Shown one piece after another: positions 21,311 through 33,444 of a DNA stretch of 64,000 bases. A model generated the notes under the pieces. That model saw only the letters and a program-made list of their open reading frames with translations, had not been told where the DNA came from and ran no database searches. Source of the DNA: Alicycliphilus sp. UBA6560 (GTDB lineage: Bacteria; Pseudomonadota; Gammaproteobacteria; Burkholderiales; Burkholderiaceae_C); NCBI GenBank assembly GCA_002434305.1, contig DJJU01000001.1, positions 53,051 to 117,050 of the forward strand, read 5' to 3'. Every line of letters starts with the position of its first letter. Positions within the stretch are counted from its first letter, which is position 1. Position numbers and translations under genes: made by a program.

Positions 21311-21718
21311 ATGAATCGTGAACGCCGCACCTTCCTCAAGGCCGCAGGCATGGCCTCGACTGCTGCGGCCTCGGCAGCAATGGGCCATGCTGCTGCCGCC
21401 ATCCCCGCATCGCAGCAGCAGTTAGGCACCATGACCCTGCTTCGCAGTCATTTCGCGCGACTTGCGGGGGAAGGGTTCACCTTCCTGCACCCTAGTGGTG
21501 TCCGCGGTAGCGCCACCTTGCTGCATGCCCACCCACTGGAAGGCGCGGAGGATGGCGAGCGCAGCTTTCGACTGGTCTTTGCTCCAAATGACTCCTCCTT
21601 GAGCCAGGACACGTGGGAGGTTTCCCACCCTGCCCTGGGCACGCATGCAATCTTCGTGAGCCCTAATGACGCACAAGGCCAGAAGATCGAAGCCATCTTC
21701 AACCGCCATCAACCCTAG
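21311..21718 (+). CDS. Small Tat-signal protein of unknown function (paralog of 22234..22680)
   Basis: MNRERRTFLKAAGMASTAAASAAMGHAAAA is a twin-arginine signal. The C-terminal core SFRLVFAPNDSSLSQDTWEVSHPALGTHAIFVSP aligns with QFRISFQGPADAFLTQGTYRMQHPQLGDYAIFMTP of the neighbouring ORF. Confidence 0.65.
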   Translation: MNRERRTFLKAAGMASTAAASAAMGHAAAAIPASQQQLGTMTLLRSHFARLAGEGFTFLHPSGVRGSATLLHAHPLEGAEDGERSFRLVFAPNDSSLSQDTWEVSHPALGTHAIFVSPNDAQGQKIEAIFNRHQP

Positions 21719-22262
21719 CTACAGGCAGTGCGCGTTTCGCCGTGGGCGCTGGCGGGCGACGCATGCATACATACACTCCTTCCAGTTCGCCGGTGATGAA
21801 ACCCTCGCGCTGGTACAGCCCGTAAGCCGGGTTGCTGACTTCGACATACAGCAGCGTCTCGCGTCCCTGCCGGTCCGCGCACTCAAGGACCATGCGCACC
21901 AGCGCCGCCCCCCAGCCGCGGCGGCGCCAGGGTGGTAGCAGAGCGATGTCCATCAGGCGCAACTGTCCTGTTGGCGCCGCCAGGTACAGACGACCTACCG
22001 CTGTGCCGAGGTGCTCCACCACCATGAACGAAGCAGTGGGGTAATGCTTACGGTAATGGTGGTCCTGAAGCGCGAACTGCGAATCCGAAAACGCCTGCTT
22101 CTGTGCCTCGGTCCACGGCGTCAGTGCCAATTCAGGGTCCCGCACCGTACGGTACAGCGCACGCAGGAACGGCAGGTCCGTGATAGTGGCCGGCCTCAGG
22201 TGCAGCGCGGGCGGCAACAGCGATAAGTTCAGGTCACCCCACATGCGAGAAACATGCTTCAT
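21699..22262 (-). CDS. GNAT-family N-acetyltransferase
   Basis: LRLMDIALLPPWRRRGWGAALVRMVLECA...YGLYQREGF contains the acetyl-CoA binding R-x-x-G-x-G/A motif. The 3' end overlaps the convergent gene by 20 nt. The start may be ATG 22244. Confidence 0.75.
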   Translation of the reverse strand: MKHVSRMWGDLNLSLLPPALHLRPATITDLPFLRALYRTVRDPELALTPWTEAQKQAFSDSQFALQDHHYRKHYPTASFMVVEHLGTAVGRLYLAAPTGQLRLMDIALLPPWRRRGWGAALVRMVLECADRQGRETLLYVEVSNPAYGLYQREGFITGELEGVYVCMRRPPAPTAKRALPVARVDGG

Positions 22263-22680
22263 AGACGAAGCCTTCAGGCCGGCGCGCCACAGGCGTCATG
22301 AAGATGGCGTAGTCACCCAGTTGCGGATGTTGCATTCGGTAGGTGCCCTGGGTCAGAAACGCGTCGGCTGGCCCCTGAAAACTGATGCGGAACTGGTGGG
22401 CGCCAGGCGCTGCTGGAGACTCGGCCACTTCGCAGACCGTTAGTGGGACCGTAATAGGGCCAGCGGGCGTAGCCAGGTGTGCCAGCACCTGCTGACGCGC
22501 AAAACACTGCGCGTCGGGCCAGGTAAGCGTGCGGGAGAACAATGCGGAGTCGAGCACGGCGGGAGGTCGGGAGTCAGAAAGCAACGCTGCATGCAAGCAC
22601 CGTGCATGCGCGGCTGCAACGCTGAACGAGTATAGCGATGGGGTTCCTGCCAGCGCTCGGGCCGCATGTCCTCCAGCCAT
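22234..22680 (-). CDS. Small protein of unknown function, paralog of 21311..21718, with no evident signal peptide
   Basis: Shares a core with the Tat paralog (see 21311..21718). ATG 22680 lies 35 nt after the glmS stop. In-frame GTG 22557 would give a 107-aa product covering just the conserved core. Confidence 0.5.
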   Translation of the reverse strand: MAGGHAARALAGTPSLYSFSVAAAHARCLHAALLSDSRPPAVLDSALFSRTLTWPDAQCFARQQVLAHLATPAGPITVPLTVCEVAESPAAPGAHQFRISFQGPADAFLTQGTYRMQHPQLGDYAIFMTPVARRPEGFVYEACFSHVG

Positions 22681-22714
22681 TCGACAGCGGCGGGCGGCTC
22701 TTCTTCACCCCCGC

Positions 22715-24616
<1,902 letters not shown>

Positions 24617-24763
24617 AAGCCAATGCTCCGTAATTGAAGAAGAAATGCGATGGGCGGATGCTATGAAGCCCTGTGTGAAATTTGTGATTTCTTTTCATCT
24701 ATTTTTGATATCACATTTCAAAACCATGAAGACATGAAATATTGATTCATTTAACATCTATTC

Positions 24764-25279
24764 ATGCAACCAGAAATGACGCTCGACGGCATCGACATGC
24801 AATTGCTTGACCAGCTGCAGCGCGACGCGTCACTGAGCAACCAGTACTTGGCCCGGCAGGTGGGCGTGTCGCCCGCCACCTGTCTGCGCCGCGTGCGCCG
24901 GCTGCACGAGTGCGGGCTGATCGAGCGCCAGGTGGCCCTGGTGCAGCCCGAGCGGCTGGCGGCGGCGCTGGGCCACGGCCTCACGGTGATCGCCGAGGTC
25001 TCGCTGGACCGCCAGGGCGCCGAGCACCTGGATGCCTTCCAGGCCCGCGCCGTGCAGGAGGACGCGGTGCAGCAGTGCTGGCGCGTCTCACCGGGGCCGG
25101 ACTTCGTCCTCGTCGCCCAGGTGGTGGACATGCCGGCCTGGCTGGCGCTGTCGCAGCGGCTGTTCACGCAGGACGCCAACGTGCGCAACGTGCGTGCCTT
25201 CTTCGCCACCCAGCGCGCCAAATTTGAGACAAAACTGCCTCTAACGCCCTCCAGTCAAGCGCCAGAAGCTATCAAATAA
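24764..25279 (+). CDS. Lrp/AsnC-family transcriptional regulator
   Basis: LDGIDMQLLDQLQRDASLSNQYLARQVGVSPATCLRRVRRLHECGLI is an HTH_AsnC motif, followed by a RAM-like domain. Divergent from glmS. The last roughly 10 codons run into a repeat-family copy. Confidence 0.8.
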   Translation: MQPEMTLDGIDMQLLDQLQRDASLSNQYLARQVGVSPATCLRRVRRLHECGLIERQVALVQPERLAAALGHGLTVIAEVSLDRQGAEHLDAFQARAVQEDAVQQCWRVSPGPDFVLVAQVVDMPAWLALSQRLFTQDANVRNVRAFFATQRAKFETKLPLTPSSQAPEAIK

Positions 25280-25284
25280 ATAGC
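25254..25284. repeat. Copy of the intergenic repeat family (reverse orientation), overlapping the lrp-family 3' end
   Basis: The reverse complement gctatttatttgatagcttctggcgcttgac matches TTGATAGCTGCYRGCGCTTG. Confidence 0.5.
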
Positions 25285-25374
25285 AACAACATTCTCCCCC
25301 CTTGACCTACAGGCACCGCGCCACCAGCTCGCTTACAGTGACCCAGGCACGGCAGTGCCAGCCATGGAGGACGC

Positions 25375-26367
<993 letters not shown>

Positions 26368-26371
26368 AGCC

Positions 26372-26707
26372 ATGTCCCCATCCAACACGACCGCCGGCGC
26401 CCTGGCCGAGCTGCTGGACGAGCGCGGCCCTTTGAGCCTGGAAGAGCTGGCCCGCGCCTGCTGCATGGCGCCCGGCTGGGTCAGCGAGCGCGCCACGGCC
26501 GGCCTGCTGCAGGGCGATCAAGCCGGCGGCCGCTGGCATTTCTCCAGCACCACCGTGGTGCGCGCGCGCCGCTTGGCGCGGCTGGAATCGACCTTCGATG
26601 CCGATCCGCAACTGGCCGGCCTGACGGCCGACCTGATCGAAGAGGTGAGCGCGCTGCGCCAGCGCCTGCGCCAGCTGGAGGCGCAGCTGGGCCTGGGAGG
26701 CCTTTAG
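26372..26707 (+). CDS. cbpM: Chaperone-modulatory protein CbpM (MerR-like)
   Basis: 111-aa ORF 4 nt after cbpA, the conserved cbpAM arrangement. LSLEELARACCMAPGWVSE is a helix-turn-helix-like segment. Confidence 0.65.
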   Translation: MSPSNTTAGALAELLDERGPLSLEELARACCMAPGWVSERATAGLLQGDQAGGRWHFSSTTVVRARRLARLESTFDADPQLAGLTADLIEEVSALRQRLRQLEAQLGLGGL

Positions 26708-27471
26708 CCAGGACTGGTGTACGCCGCCGGCCAGTCCAGCTGCACGGTGCAGCCCTCGCCGGGCTGGGCAGTGGCGCTGAGGCGTGCGCCATGGCGCTCG
26801 GCGATGGTCTGGCACATTGCCAGGCCTGCGCCCACACCCTCGAATTCCGACTCGCGGTGCAGCCGCTCGAACACGCCGAATACCTGCCCAGCGCGTTCGG
26901 GCTCGAAGCCGGCGCCGTTGTCCTGCACGCTGATGCGCACGCTGGCGCCCTGCTGCTGAGCCCGCACGGCAATGCGGGCCGGCTCGCGCCCCCGGGTGAA
27001 CTTGAGCGCGTTGGCCAGCAGTTCGCGCAGCAGCTGGCGCAGCAGCGCCGGGTCGGCCTGCACGGCGGGCAGCTCGGCGCCCACCTGCCACTGCACGCCG
27101 CGCCCGGCCTCGGCGCCAGCCAGCAGGGTGCGCGCCTCGTGCAGCGCAGCGGCCAGGTCCACGCGCACAGGCTGCAGCGGGGCGCGGCCGGCGTCGGCTA
27201 TGGCGCGCAGGCCGTCCAGCATCAGCGCCATGCGGCGGGCGGACTGCTCCATGGTGGCCAGGCAGTCCAGCGCTTCGGCCACGGGTTCGCCGGCGCCGGG
27301 CAGCTCGCCCAGCAGTTCTTGAACGAGAGCGCCGTAGGACGTGACGTGGCGCAGCGGCGCGCGCAAATCGTGCACCACGCGCTGCATGAAGGCGTCCTGC
27401 GCGGCGGCCATGTCGGCCAGCTGCCGGCGGGCGAGCGCCAGCTCCTGCTGCAGAGCCTGAACGTCGGCCAT
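26704..27471 (-). CDS. Soluble histidine kinase with no recognisable sensor domain (coiled coil - HisKA - HATPase)
   Basis: H-box VVHDLRAPLRHV, N-box LLANALKFT, G-boxes QDNGAGF and VGAGLAMCQTI. Starts 6 nt after the glmU stop. Its stop codon overlaps the cbpM stop (TTAG). Confidence 0.8.
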   Translation of the reverse strand: MADVQALQQELALARRQLADMAAAQDAFMQRVVHDLRAPLRHVTSYGALVQELLGELPGAGEPVAEALDCLATMEQSARRMALMLDGLRAIADAGRAPLQPVRVDLAAALHEARTLLAGAEAGRGVQWQVGAELPAVQADPALLRQLLRELLANALKFTRGREPARIAVRAQQQGASVRISVQDNGAGFEPERAGQVFGVFERLHRESEFEGVGAGLAMCQTIAERHGARLSATAQPGEGCTVQLDWPAAYTSPG

Positions 27472-27477
27472 GCCGGC

Positions 27478-28911
27478 TCAGCCCTTGGGCTGCTTCGCGG
27501 GGCGCTGCCAGCCGGCCAGGCTGACCTGCTTGCCGCGTGCCACGGTCAGCACACCGGGCGGCGTGCTCTTGGTGACGGTGGAGCCGCCGCCCACGGTGCC
27601 GCCGGCGCCCAGGGTGAGGGGCGCCACCAGCACGCAGTTGCTGCCCACGTGCACGTCGGCCTCGATCACGGTGCGGTGCTTGTGGGCGCCGTCGTAGTTG
27701 GCGGTGATGCTGCCGGCGCCGTAGTTGACGCGCTCGCCCACGGTGGCGTCGCCCAGGTAGGCCAGGTGGTTGGCCTTGGCGCCGTCGGCCAGCGTCGAGT
27801 TCTTGACCTCGACGAAATTGCCGATATGCACCTCGCGCCCCAGCTGCGCGCCCGGGCGCAGCCGCGCGAACGGGCCGACCAGCGCGCCCTCGCCCACCTC
27901 CACACCCACGGCCTCGCCGTCGATGTGGGTGTAGGGGTGGATGACGGCGCCGGCGCCGATGCGGGCGTTGGCGATGTGGCAGCAGGCACCGATGCGCGCG
28001 CCCTCGCCGATGTGCACGCGGCCGCTGAAGATGCAGCCCACGTCGATCTCCACGTCCTGGCCGCAATCCAGCTGGCCGGGCGCGCCGCTGCGCACGTCCT
28101 GGCGCAGGTCGAAGCGCGCCGGATCGGCCAGGCGCACGCCCTGCTCCATCAGCCGCGCGGCCTGGCGCAGCTGGTGGGCGCGCTCCAGCTCGGCCAGCTG
28201 GGCAGGACTGTTCACGCCGGCCACCTGCAGGGCATCGCCAATGCAGTGGGCGGCCACGGGCACGCCGTCCGCCACGGCCATGGCGACGATGTCGGTCAGG
28301 TAGTACTCGCCCTGGGCGTTGTCGTTGGCCAGGCGCTCCAGCCAGCCGCCCAGACGCCGCGCGGGCACGGCCATGATGCCGCTGTAGATCTCGCCGATGG
28401 CGCGTTCCTCATCGCTGGCGTCCTTGTGCTCGACGATGCGCTGCACGGCGCCGCCCTCGCCGCGCACGATGCGGCCATAGCCGGTGGGGTCGGGCAGCTG
28501 CACCGTCAGCAGTGCCATGCGGTCGGCACCGGCCGCGGCCACCAGGGCGGCCAGGGTGTCCGCCTGCGTCAGCGGCACATCGCCCGACAGCACCAGCACC
28601 AGGCCATCGCCCGCCAGCAGCGGCACGGCCTGCTGCACGGCGTGGCCGGTGCCCAGCTGCGGCTCCTGGCGCACGGTTTGCAGGTCAAAACCGGCGCCAG
28701 CGCCCGCCCCGCTTGCGCAGGCAGCTTCCACCTCGATAGCAGCGTGGCCCGTCACCACCACCACGCGGCGGGCCTGCAGGCGCGCCGCCTGGTCCAGCAC
28801 GTGGTGCAGCAGGGGCCGGCCGGCCAGGCGCTGCAGCACCTTCGGCGTGCGGCTTTTCATGCGCGTGCCGCGGCCGGCGGCCATGATGATGATGTCGAGT
28901 GGCGCTGTCAT
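27478..28911 (-). CDS. glmU: Bifunctional GlcNAc-1-P uridyltransferase / GlcN-1-P acetyltransferase
   Basis: LDIIIMAAGRGTRMKSRTPKVLQ (nucleotidyltransferase) and C-terminal left-handed beta-helix hexapeptide repeats ...NYDGAHKHRTVIEADVHVGSN. ORF trimmed to ATG 28911. Confidence 0.95.
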   Translation of the reverse strand: MTAPLDIIIMAAGRGTRMKSRTPKVLQRLAGRPLLHHVLDQAARLQARRVVVVTGHAAIEVEAACASGAGAGAGFDLQTVRQEPQLGTGHAVQQAVPLLAGDGLVLVLSGDVPLTQADTLAALVAAAGADRMALLTVQLPDPTGYGRIVRGEGGAVQRIVEHKDASDEERAIGEIYSGIMAVPARRLGGWLERLANDNAQGEYYLTDIVAMAVADGVPVAAHCIGDALQVAGVNSPAQLAELERAHQLRQAARLMEQGVRLADPARFDLRQDVRSGAPGQLDCGQDVEIDVGCIFSGRVHIGEGARIGACCHIANARIGAGAVIHPYTHIDGEAVGVEVGEGALVGPFARLRPGAQLGREVHIGNFVEVKNSTLADGAKANHLAYLGDATVGERVNYGAGSITANYDGAHKHRTVIEADVHVGSNCVLVAPLTLGAGGTVGGGSTVTKSTPPGVLTVARGKQVSLAGWQRPAKQPKG

Positions 28912-28994
28912 GGAAAGGGAGGTCGGGGTTGCAGGCAAGGCCGCGCGGCGCGCGAAACGGGGATTATCGGGCGCCTGCGGGTTATCCAAAAACC

Positions 28995-29036
28995 ATAGCT
29001 GCCAGCGCTTGCCTGGCAAGGGTTTCAGCCTGTTTT
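28995..29036. repeat. Copy of the intergenic repeat family
   Basis: atagctgccagcgcttgcctggcaagggtttcagcctgtttt. Confidence 0.65.
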
Positions 29037-29052
29037 AACCCCAAACCGCCCT

Positions 29053-29433
29053 TCAGGCGCCGCAGGCCTGCGGCTGGACGGCGCAGTCCGCGGGGCGCGC
29101 GGCCGGGGCATAGGTGCCGGCGCGGCGCCACTGGTAGTGCAGCGCCTCGCCGCCCAGCGGCTCCAGCACGGCCCGTTGGCCGGGCTGCACCTGCAGGCAC
29201 TGGCCGGGGTACAGCAGCGTGTCGCCCGACTCCTCCAGCCAGCCGCCGGGGCCGGTGCCCAGCGTGACCCAGGCGCGCCCGCGCAGCACGCGCAGCTGCA
29301 TGGCCGCCGCGGCACGCAGGCTGCGCGCCTGGCGCAGCTCCAGCGTCTGCACCTCGGCGCCCGCGGCCAGGCGCACGGGCTGCAGCGAGGATTGTTGCGA
29401 TTCGGGAACAGATACGGAAGATACGGCGGTCAT
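29053..29433 (-). CDS. DUF2917-like small protein (typical divergent partner of LysR regulators)
   Basis: LRVLRGRAWVTLGTGPGGWLEESGDTLLYPGQCLQVQPGQRAVLEP matches the pattern I associate with DUF2917. Divergent from a LysR gene. Confidence 0.6.
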   Translation of the reverse strand: MTAVSSVSVPESQQSSLQPVRLAAGAEVQTLELRQARSLRAAAAMQLRVLRGRAWVTLGTGPGGWLEESGDTLLYPGQCLQVQPGQRAVLEPLGGEALHYQWRRAGTYAPAARPADCAVQPQACGA

Positions 29434-29568
29434 GACACTCTCCAAAAAGACCTTTGGTGTGCCTGCAGTGTGAAACTGCGTGCCCGGAGCGTCCAATGAA
29501 TTGCGAAGCCCGGATAGATTCCCAGATCGCATCAATTGCCGCACCAACCACCCTGTTCAGGAACCGCC

Positions 29569-30555
29569 ATGAGCACGCCGCCCACACCCGCCGCCGCCTT
29601 GCCCATACCTCACCTGCGCACGCGGCCCGTGGCCGTGGGGCACTGGCGCGCCTTTCTGGCCGTGGCGCGGCACCTGAACTTTCGCGCCGCGGCCGAGGAG
29701 CTGGCGCTGACGCAGTCCGCCGTCAGCCGGCAGATCCAGGCGCTGGAGGACGAGGTGGGCGTGCCGCTGTTCCTGCGCCACACGCGGGCGGTGGAGCTGA
29801 CCAGTGCCGGCGGCCAGCTGCAGCGCGCCGTGGGCCCGGCGCTGGAGCGGCTGGACGCGGCCGTGCGCCAGGTGCGGCTGGCGGCGGGGCGGCGCAGCGT
29901 GGCCATCACCACCTGGGCCAGCTTTGCGTCGATGTGGCTGATCCCGCACATGGAGGAGTTCCAGCGCGACAACCCGGACATCGACATCCGCATCGATGCC
30001 AGCGACGCCATCCAGGACCTGGAGACGGCCGACGTGGACCTGGCCCTGCGTTCCAGCATTCCCGGGCATGCCGGGCCGGGTGCGCAGCGCCTGTTCGGCG
30101 AGCAGCTGGCGGTGGTGGGCAGCCCCTGGCTGCTGGGCAGCATGCCGCCCATCGCCACGCCGCAGGACGTGGCGCGCTTCACGCTGATCGAGGCCGGGGA
30201 CGCGCACCGCATGCCCTACTTCGAGTGGATCACCTGGCGCCGCTGGTTCAGCCTGCATGGGCTGGAGCGGCTGCAGCCCAAGCGCTGGCTGTACTTCAAC
30301 TACGCCCAGCAGATCGTGCAGGCCGCGCTGGCCGGCCAGGGCCTGGCGCTGGCGCGCATGCCGCTGATCGCCGAGATCCTGGCGCGCGGCGACCTGGTGG
30401 AGGTGCTGCCCGGCCACCGGCTGGACTCCCCCCTGGTGTACTGGCTGGTGCCGGGCCCGCGCGGCGCCCAGCGGCCGGAAGTGCAGGCGTTCTGCGCCTG
30501 GCTGCTGCTGCAGGCCGAGGCGACGCGGCGGGCGATGGGCGAGCAGGCGGGCTGA
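29569..30555 (+). CDS. LysR-family transcriptional regulator (GcvA-like)
   Basis: WRAFLAVARHLNFRAAAEELALTQSAVSRQIQALEDEVGVPLFLR is a LysR HTH motif. Start taken at ATG 29569. Confidence 0.85.
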   Translation: MSTPPTPAAALPIPHLRTRPVAVGHWRAFLAVARHLNFRAAAEELALTQSAVSRQIQALEDEVGVPLFLRHTRAVELTSAGGQLQRAVGPALERLDAAVRQVRLAAGRRSVAITTWASFASMWLIPHMEEFQRDNPDIDIRIDASDAIQDLETADVDLALRSSIPGHAGPGAQRLFGEQLAVVGSPWLLGSMPPIATPQDVARFTLIEAGDAHRMPYFEWITWRRWFSLHGLERLQPKRWLYFNYAQQIVQAALAGQGLALARMPLIAEILARGDLVEVLPGHRLDSPLVYWLVPGPRGAQRPEVQAFCAWLLLQAEATRRAMGEQAG

Positions 30556-30577
30556 GGCGCCGCCACGCTGCCAATAT

Positions 30578-30634
30578 GAGAGCTGCCAGCGCTTTTCCAG
30601 CAAGGGTTTGAGGCCGATTTGACCGATATTTTGG
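30578..30634. repeat. Copy of the intergenic repeat family, between convergent genes
   Basis: gagagctgccagcgcttttccagcaagggtttgaggccgatttgaccgatattttgg. Confidence 0.65.
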
Positions 30635-30638
30635 CTGG

Positions 30639-31871
30639 TCAGTCCAGCAGCACGCGGGCAAACTTGCGCTTGCCCACCTGCACCACGTAGCTACCGGCAT
30701 CCAGCTTCAGGCCCCGGTCGCTGACGGCCGAGCCGTCCACACGCACCCCGGCGCCGTCGATCAGGCGGCTGGCTTCGCTGGTGGACGGCGCCAGGCCCGC
30801 CTGCTTCAGAACAGCCCCGATGCCCAGCGGCGCGCCGGACAGGCGCACTTCGGGGATTTCGTCGGGAATGCCGCCCTTGCTGCGGTTGTGGAAGTCCTCC
30901 TCGGCCGCATCGGCCGCGGCCGCGCTGTGAAAGCGCGTGGTGATCTCCTTGGCCAGCATGACCTTGGCGTCCTTGGGATTGCGCCCCCCCGCCACCTCGG
31001 CCTTGAGCGCCGCGATCTCAGCCAGGCTCTTGAACGACAGCAGCGTGTACCAGTCCCACATCAGCGTGTCGGAAATCGACAGCACCTTGGCGAACATGCT
31101 GTTGGCGTCCTCGGTGATGCCGATGTAGTTGTTCTTGGACTTGGACATCTTGTCCACGCCGTCCAGGCCGACCAGGAGCGGCATGGTGAGCACGCACTGC
31201 GGCTCCTGGCCCCATTCCTGCTGCAGGTGGCGGCCCATGAGCAGGTTGAACTTCTGGTCGGTGCCGCCCAGCTCCAGGTCGCTCTTCAGGGCCACCGAGT
31301 CGTAACCCTGCAGGAGCGGATAGAGGAATTCGTGCAGGCTGATGGAGCTGCCGTCCGTGAAGCGCTGGTGGAAGTCGTTGCGCTCCATCATGCGGGCCAC
31401 GGTGTACTTGGCCGCCAGCTCGATCATGCCGCGTGCGCCCAGCTTGTCGCACCACTCGCTGTTGTAGCGGATCTCGGTGCGCGAAGGATCCAGCACCTTG
31501 GCCGCCTGGGTGTAGTAGGTCTCGGCATTGGCCTTGATCTGCTCGGCCGTGAGCGGCGGGCGCGTGCTGTTGCGCCCGGACGGGTCGCCGATCAACGTGG
31601 TGAAGTCACCGATCAGGAAGATCACCTGGTGGCCCAGATCCTGCAGCTGGCGCATCTTGTTGAGCACCACCGTGTGGCCCAGGTGGATGTCGGGCGCCGT
31701 GGGGTCCAGCCCCAGCTTGATGCGCAGCGGCTGGCCGGTGGCCTGCGAACGCGCCAGCTTCTGCGCCCACTCCTCCTGCGGCAGCAGTTCGTCGACGCCG
31801 CGCAGCGAAACCTCAAGCGACCGCTCGACGTCGCCGGTCAATGGAAATCTTGTAACAGCAGCTTGATTCAT
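30639..31871 (-). CDS. tyrS: Tyrosine--tRNA ligase
   Basis: HIGH motif [14 protein letters not shown] motif [10 protein letters not shown]-terminal S4-like domain. ORF trimmed to ATG 31871. Confidence 0.95.
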   Translation of the reverse strand: MNQAAVTRFPLTGDVERSLEVSLRGVDELLPQEEWAQKLARSQATGQPLRIKLGLDPTAPDIHLGHTVVLNKMRQLQDLGHQVIFLIGDFTTLIGDPSGRNSTRPPLTAEQIKANAETYYTQAAKVLDPSRTEIRYNSEWCDKLGARGMIELAAKYTVARMMERNDFHQRFTDGSSISLHEFLYPLLQGYDSVALKSDLELGGTDQKFNLLMGRHLQQEWGQEPQCVLTMPLLVGLDGVDKMSKSKNNYIGITEDANSMFAKVLSISDTLMWDWYTLLSFKSLAEIAALKAEVAGGRNPKDAKVMLAKEITTRFHSAAAADAAEEDFHNRSKGGIPDEIPEVRLSGAPLGIGAVLKQAGLAPSTSEASRLIDGAGVRVDGSAVSDRGLKLDAGSYVVQVGKRKFARVLLD

Positions 31872-32073
31872 AAGGGTTTTTAGGGGTGTCTGCAGGACGA
31901 CGCCGACTATACTTGCGGTCATTTTGCAGCGGGGGATTCTAGTGGCCTGTCCACTTTCCCGGCCTTTTGCGCCCACAGCCGCACCTTGATACCTGCATTG
32001 CTTCCCGTCTCTTCGCAGCCCTTGCCTGTGTCACCCAAGAGGCCCGGAGGCATCACAGCCTGGGGTAAGACTC

Positions 32074-33444
32074 TTGTTGAAAAACAACCTGACCGCCGCC
32101 TGCGTGGCACTCCTTGATTCCGTCGCACGCACGGTCCGTCAGCATCCGAAACGCATCACCGCCGCCCTGGGCGCCGTGCTGCTCACCGGCGGCGGCGGCG
32201 CCTTTGCCGTGGCCTCCCTGGCACCTGACCCGGCCCAGCTGCCCGTCAGCACCGTGCTGGAAGAGGTCGATTCCCTGGCTGAGGGCGACACGCTGGCCAG
32301 CCTGCTGGACAGCATGCCCAGCTATTCGCTGTACCGCTCCGACGTCACGCGCAGCACCGACACGGCCGAGAGCCTGCTGGAGCGCATGGGCGTGGCCGAC
32401 CCGGCTGCCTCCGCTTTCTTGCGCAAGAACGACCTGGTACGTCAGAACCTGCTGGGCCGCACCGGCCGCTCGCTGACCGCCGAAACCACGGACGACCACC
32501 GCCTGCAGCGCCTGACGGCGCGCTGGGCACCGGACGACACCCCCAACTTCAAGCGCCTGGTGGTCGAGCGCGGCGCCGACGGCTCCTTCAGCTCGCGCAT
32601 CGAAAGCGCCCCCCTCACGGTGGGCAGCCGCCTGGCGGGCGGGGTCATCCGCAGTTCGCTGTTCGCCGCCACCGACGCCGCCAACATCCCCGACGGCGTG
32701 GCCGTGCAGCTGGCCGACATCTTCTCCAGCAGCATCGACTTTCGCCGCTCGCTGCGCAAGGAAGACCGCTTTTCCGTGGTCTACGAAACGCTGGAGGCCG
32801 ATGGCGAGCCGCTGCGCAGCGGCCGCGTGCTGAGCGCCGAGTTCCACAACAACGGCAAGACCCACGACGCGCTGTGGTTCCAGGAGTCGGCCCAGTCCAA
32901 GGGCGCCTACTACACCCTGGAAGGCGAGAGCATGCGCCGTGCCTACCTGACCTCCCCGGTGGCCTTCACGCGCATCTCCAGCGGCTTCTCCATGCGGATG
33001 CACCCCGTCCAGAAGACCTGGCGCGCGCATCTGGGCACCGACATGGCCGCCGCCACCGGCACGCCCGTGCGCACTGTGGGCGACGGCGTGGTCGAATTCG
33101 CCGGCGTGCAGAACGGCTATGGCAACGTGGTCTACGTAAACCACCGCAACCAGCACGTCACCGTGTACGCCCATCTGAGCCGCATCGACGTGCGCAAGGG
33201 CCAATCCATCGAACAGGGCGAGACCATCGGCGCCGTCGGCTCCACCGGCTGGGCCACCGGCCCCCACCTGCACTTCGAATTCCGCGTGAACGGCCAGCAC
33301 CAGGACCCGATGACCATCGCCCGCCAGAGCGAGGCCGGCCAGCCCATCTCGGGCGCCGCGCGCAAGGCCTTTGATCAACTGGCCAGCAACATGCGCGTGC
33401 AACTGGCCGCCGCTTCGCAAAACCTGCAAGCCAGCGCCGAGTGA
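32074..33444 (+). CDS. M23-family metallopeptidase (murein endopeptidase-like) with N-terminal membrane anchor
   Basis: HLGTDMAAATGTPVRTVGDGVV...GYGNVVYVNH...GAVGSTGWATGPHLHFEFRVNG (HxxxD and HxH motifs). No ATG is available, so the start is TTG 32074 or GTG 32104. Confidence 0.85.
   Translation: MLKNNLTAACVALLDSVARTVRQHPKRITAALGAVLLTGGGGAFAVASLAPDPAQLPVSTVLEEVDSLAEGDTLASLLDSMPSYSLYRSDVTRSTDTAESLLERMGVADPAASAFLRKNDLVRQNLLGRTGRSLTAETTDDHRLQRLTARWAPDDTPNFKRLVVERGADGSFSSRIESAPLTVGSRLAGGVIRSSLFAATDAANIPDGVAVQLADIFSSSIDFRRSLRKEDRFSVVYETLEADGEPLRSGRVLSAEFHNNGKTHDALWFQESAQSKGAYYTLEGESMRRAYLTSPVAFTRISSGFSMRMHPVQKTWRAHLGTDMAAATGTPVRTVGDGVVEFAGVQNGYGNVVYVNHRNQHVTVYAHLSRIDVRKGQSIEQGETIGAVGSTGWATGPHLHFEFRVNGQHQDPMTIARQSEAGQPISGAARKAFDQLASNMRVQLAAASQNLQASAE

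Noticed and set aside
24617-24763. glmS ribozyme or GlmZ-type sRNA target upstream of glmS
   Set aside because: The glmS ribozyme is a Gram-positive feature, and I see none of its conserved core. The spacer is AT-rich with an operator-like palindrome, which fits protein-mediated control better.
31872-32073. T-box or other leader RNA upstream of tyrS
   Set aside because: There is no T-box consensus (AGAGA...GGUGNRA type) or terminator/antiterminator pair. T-boxes are not expected in beta-proteobacteria.
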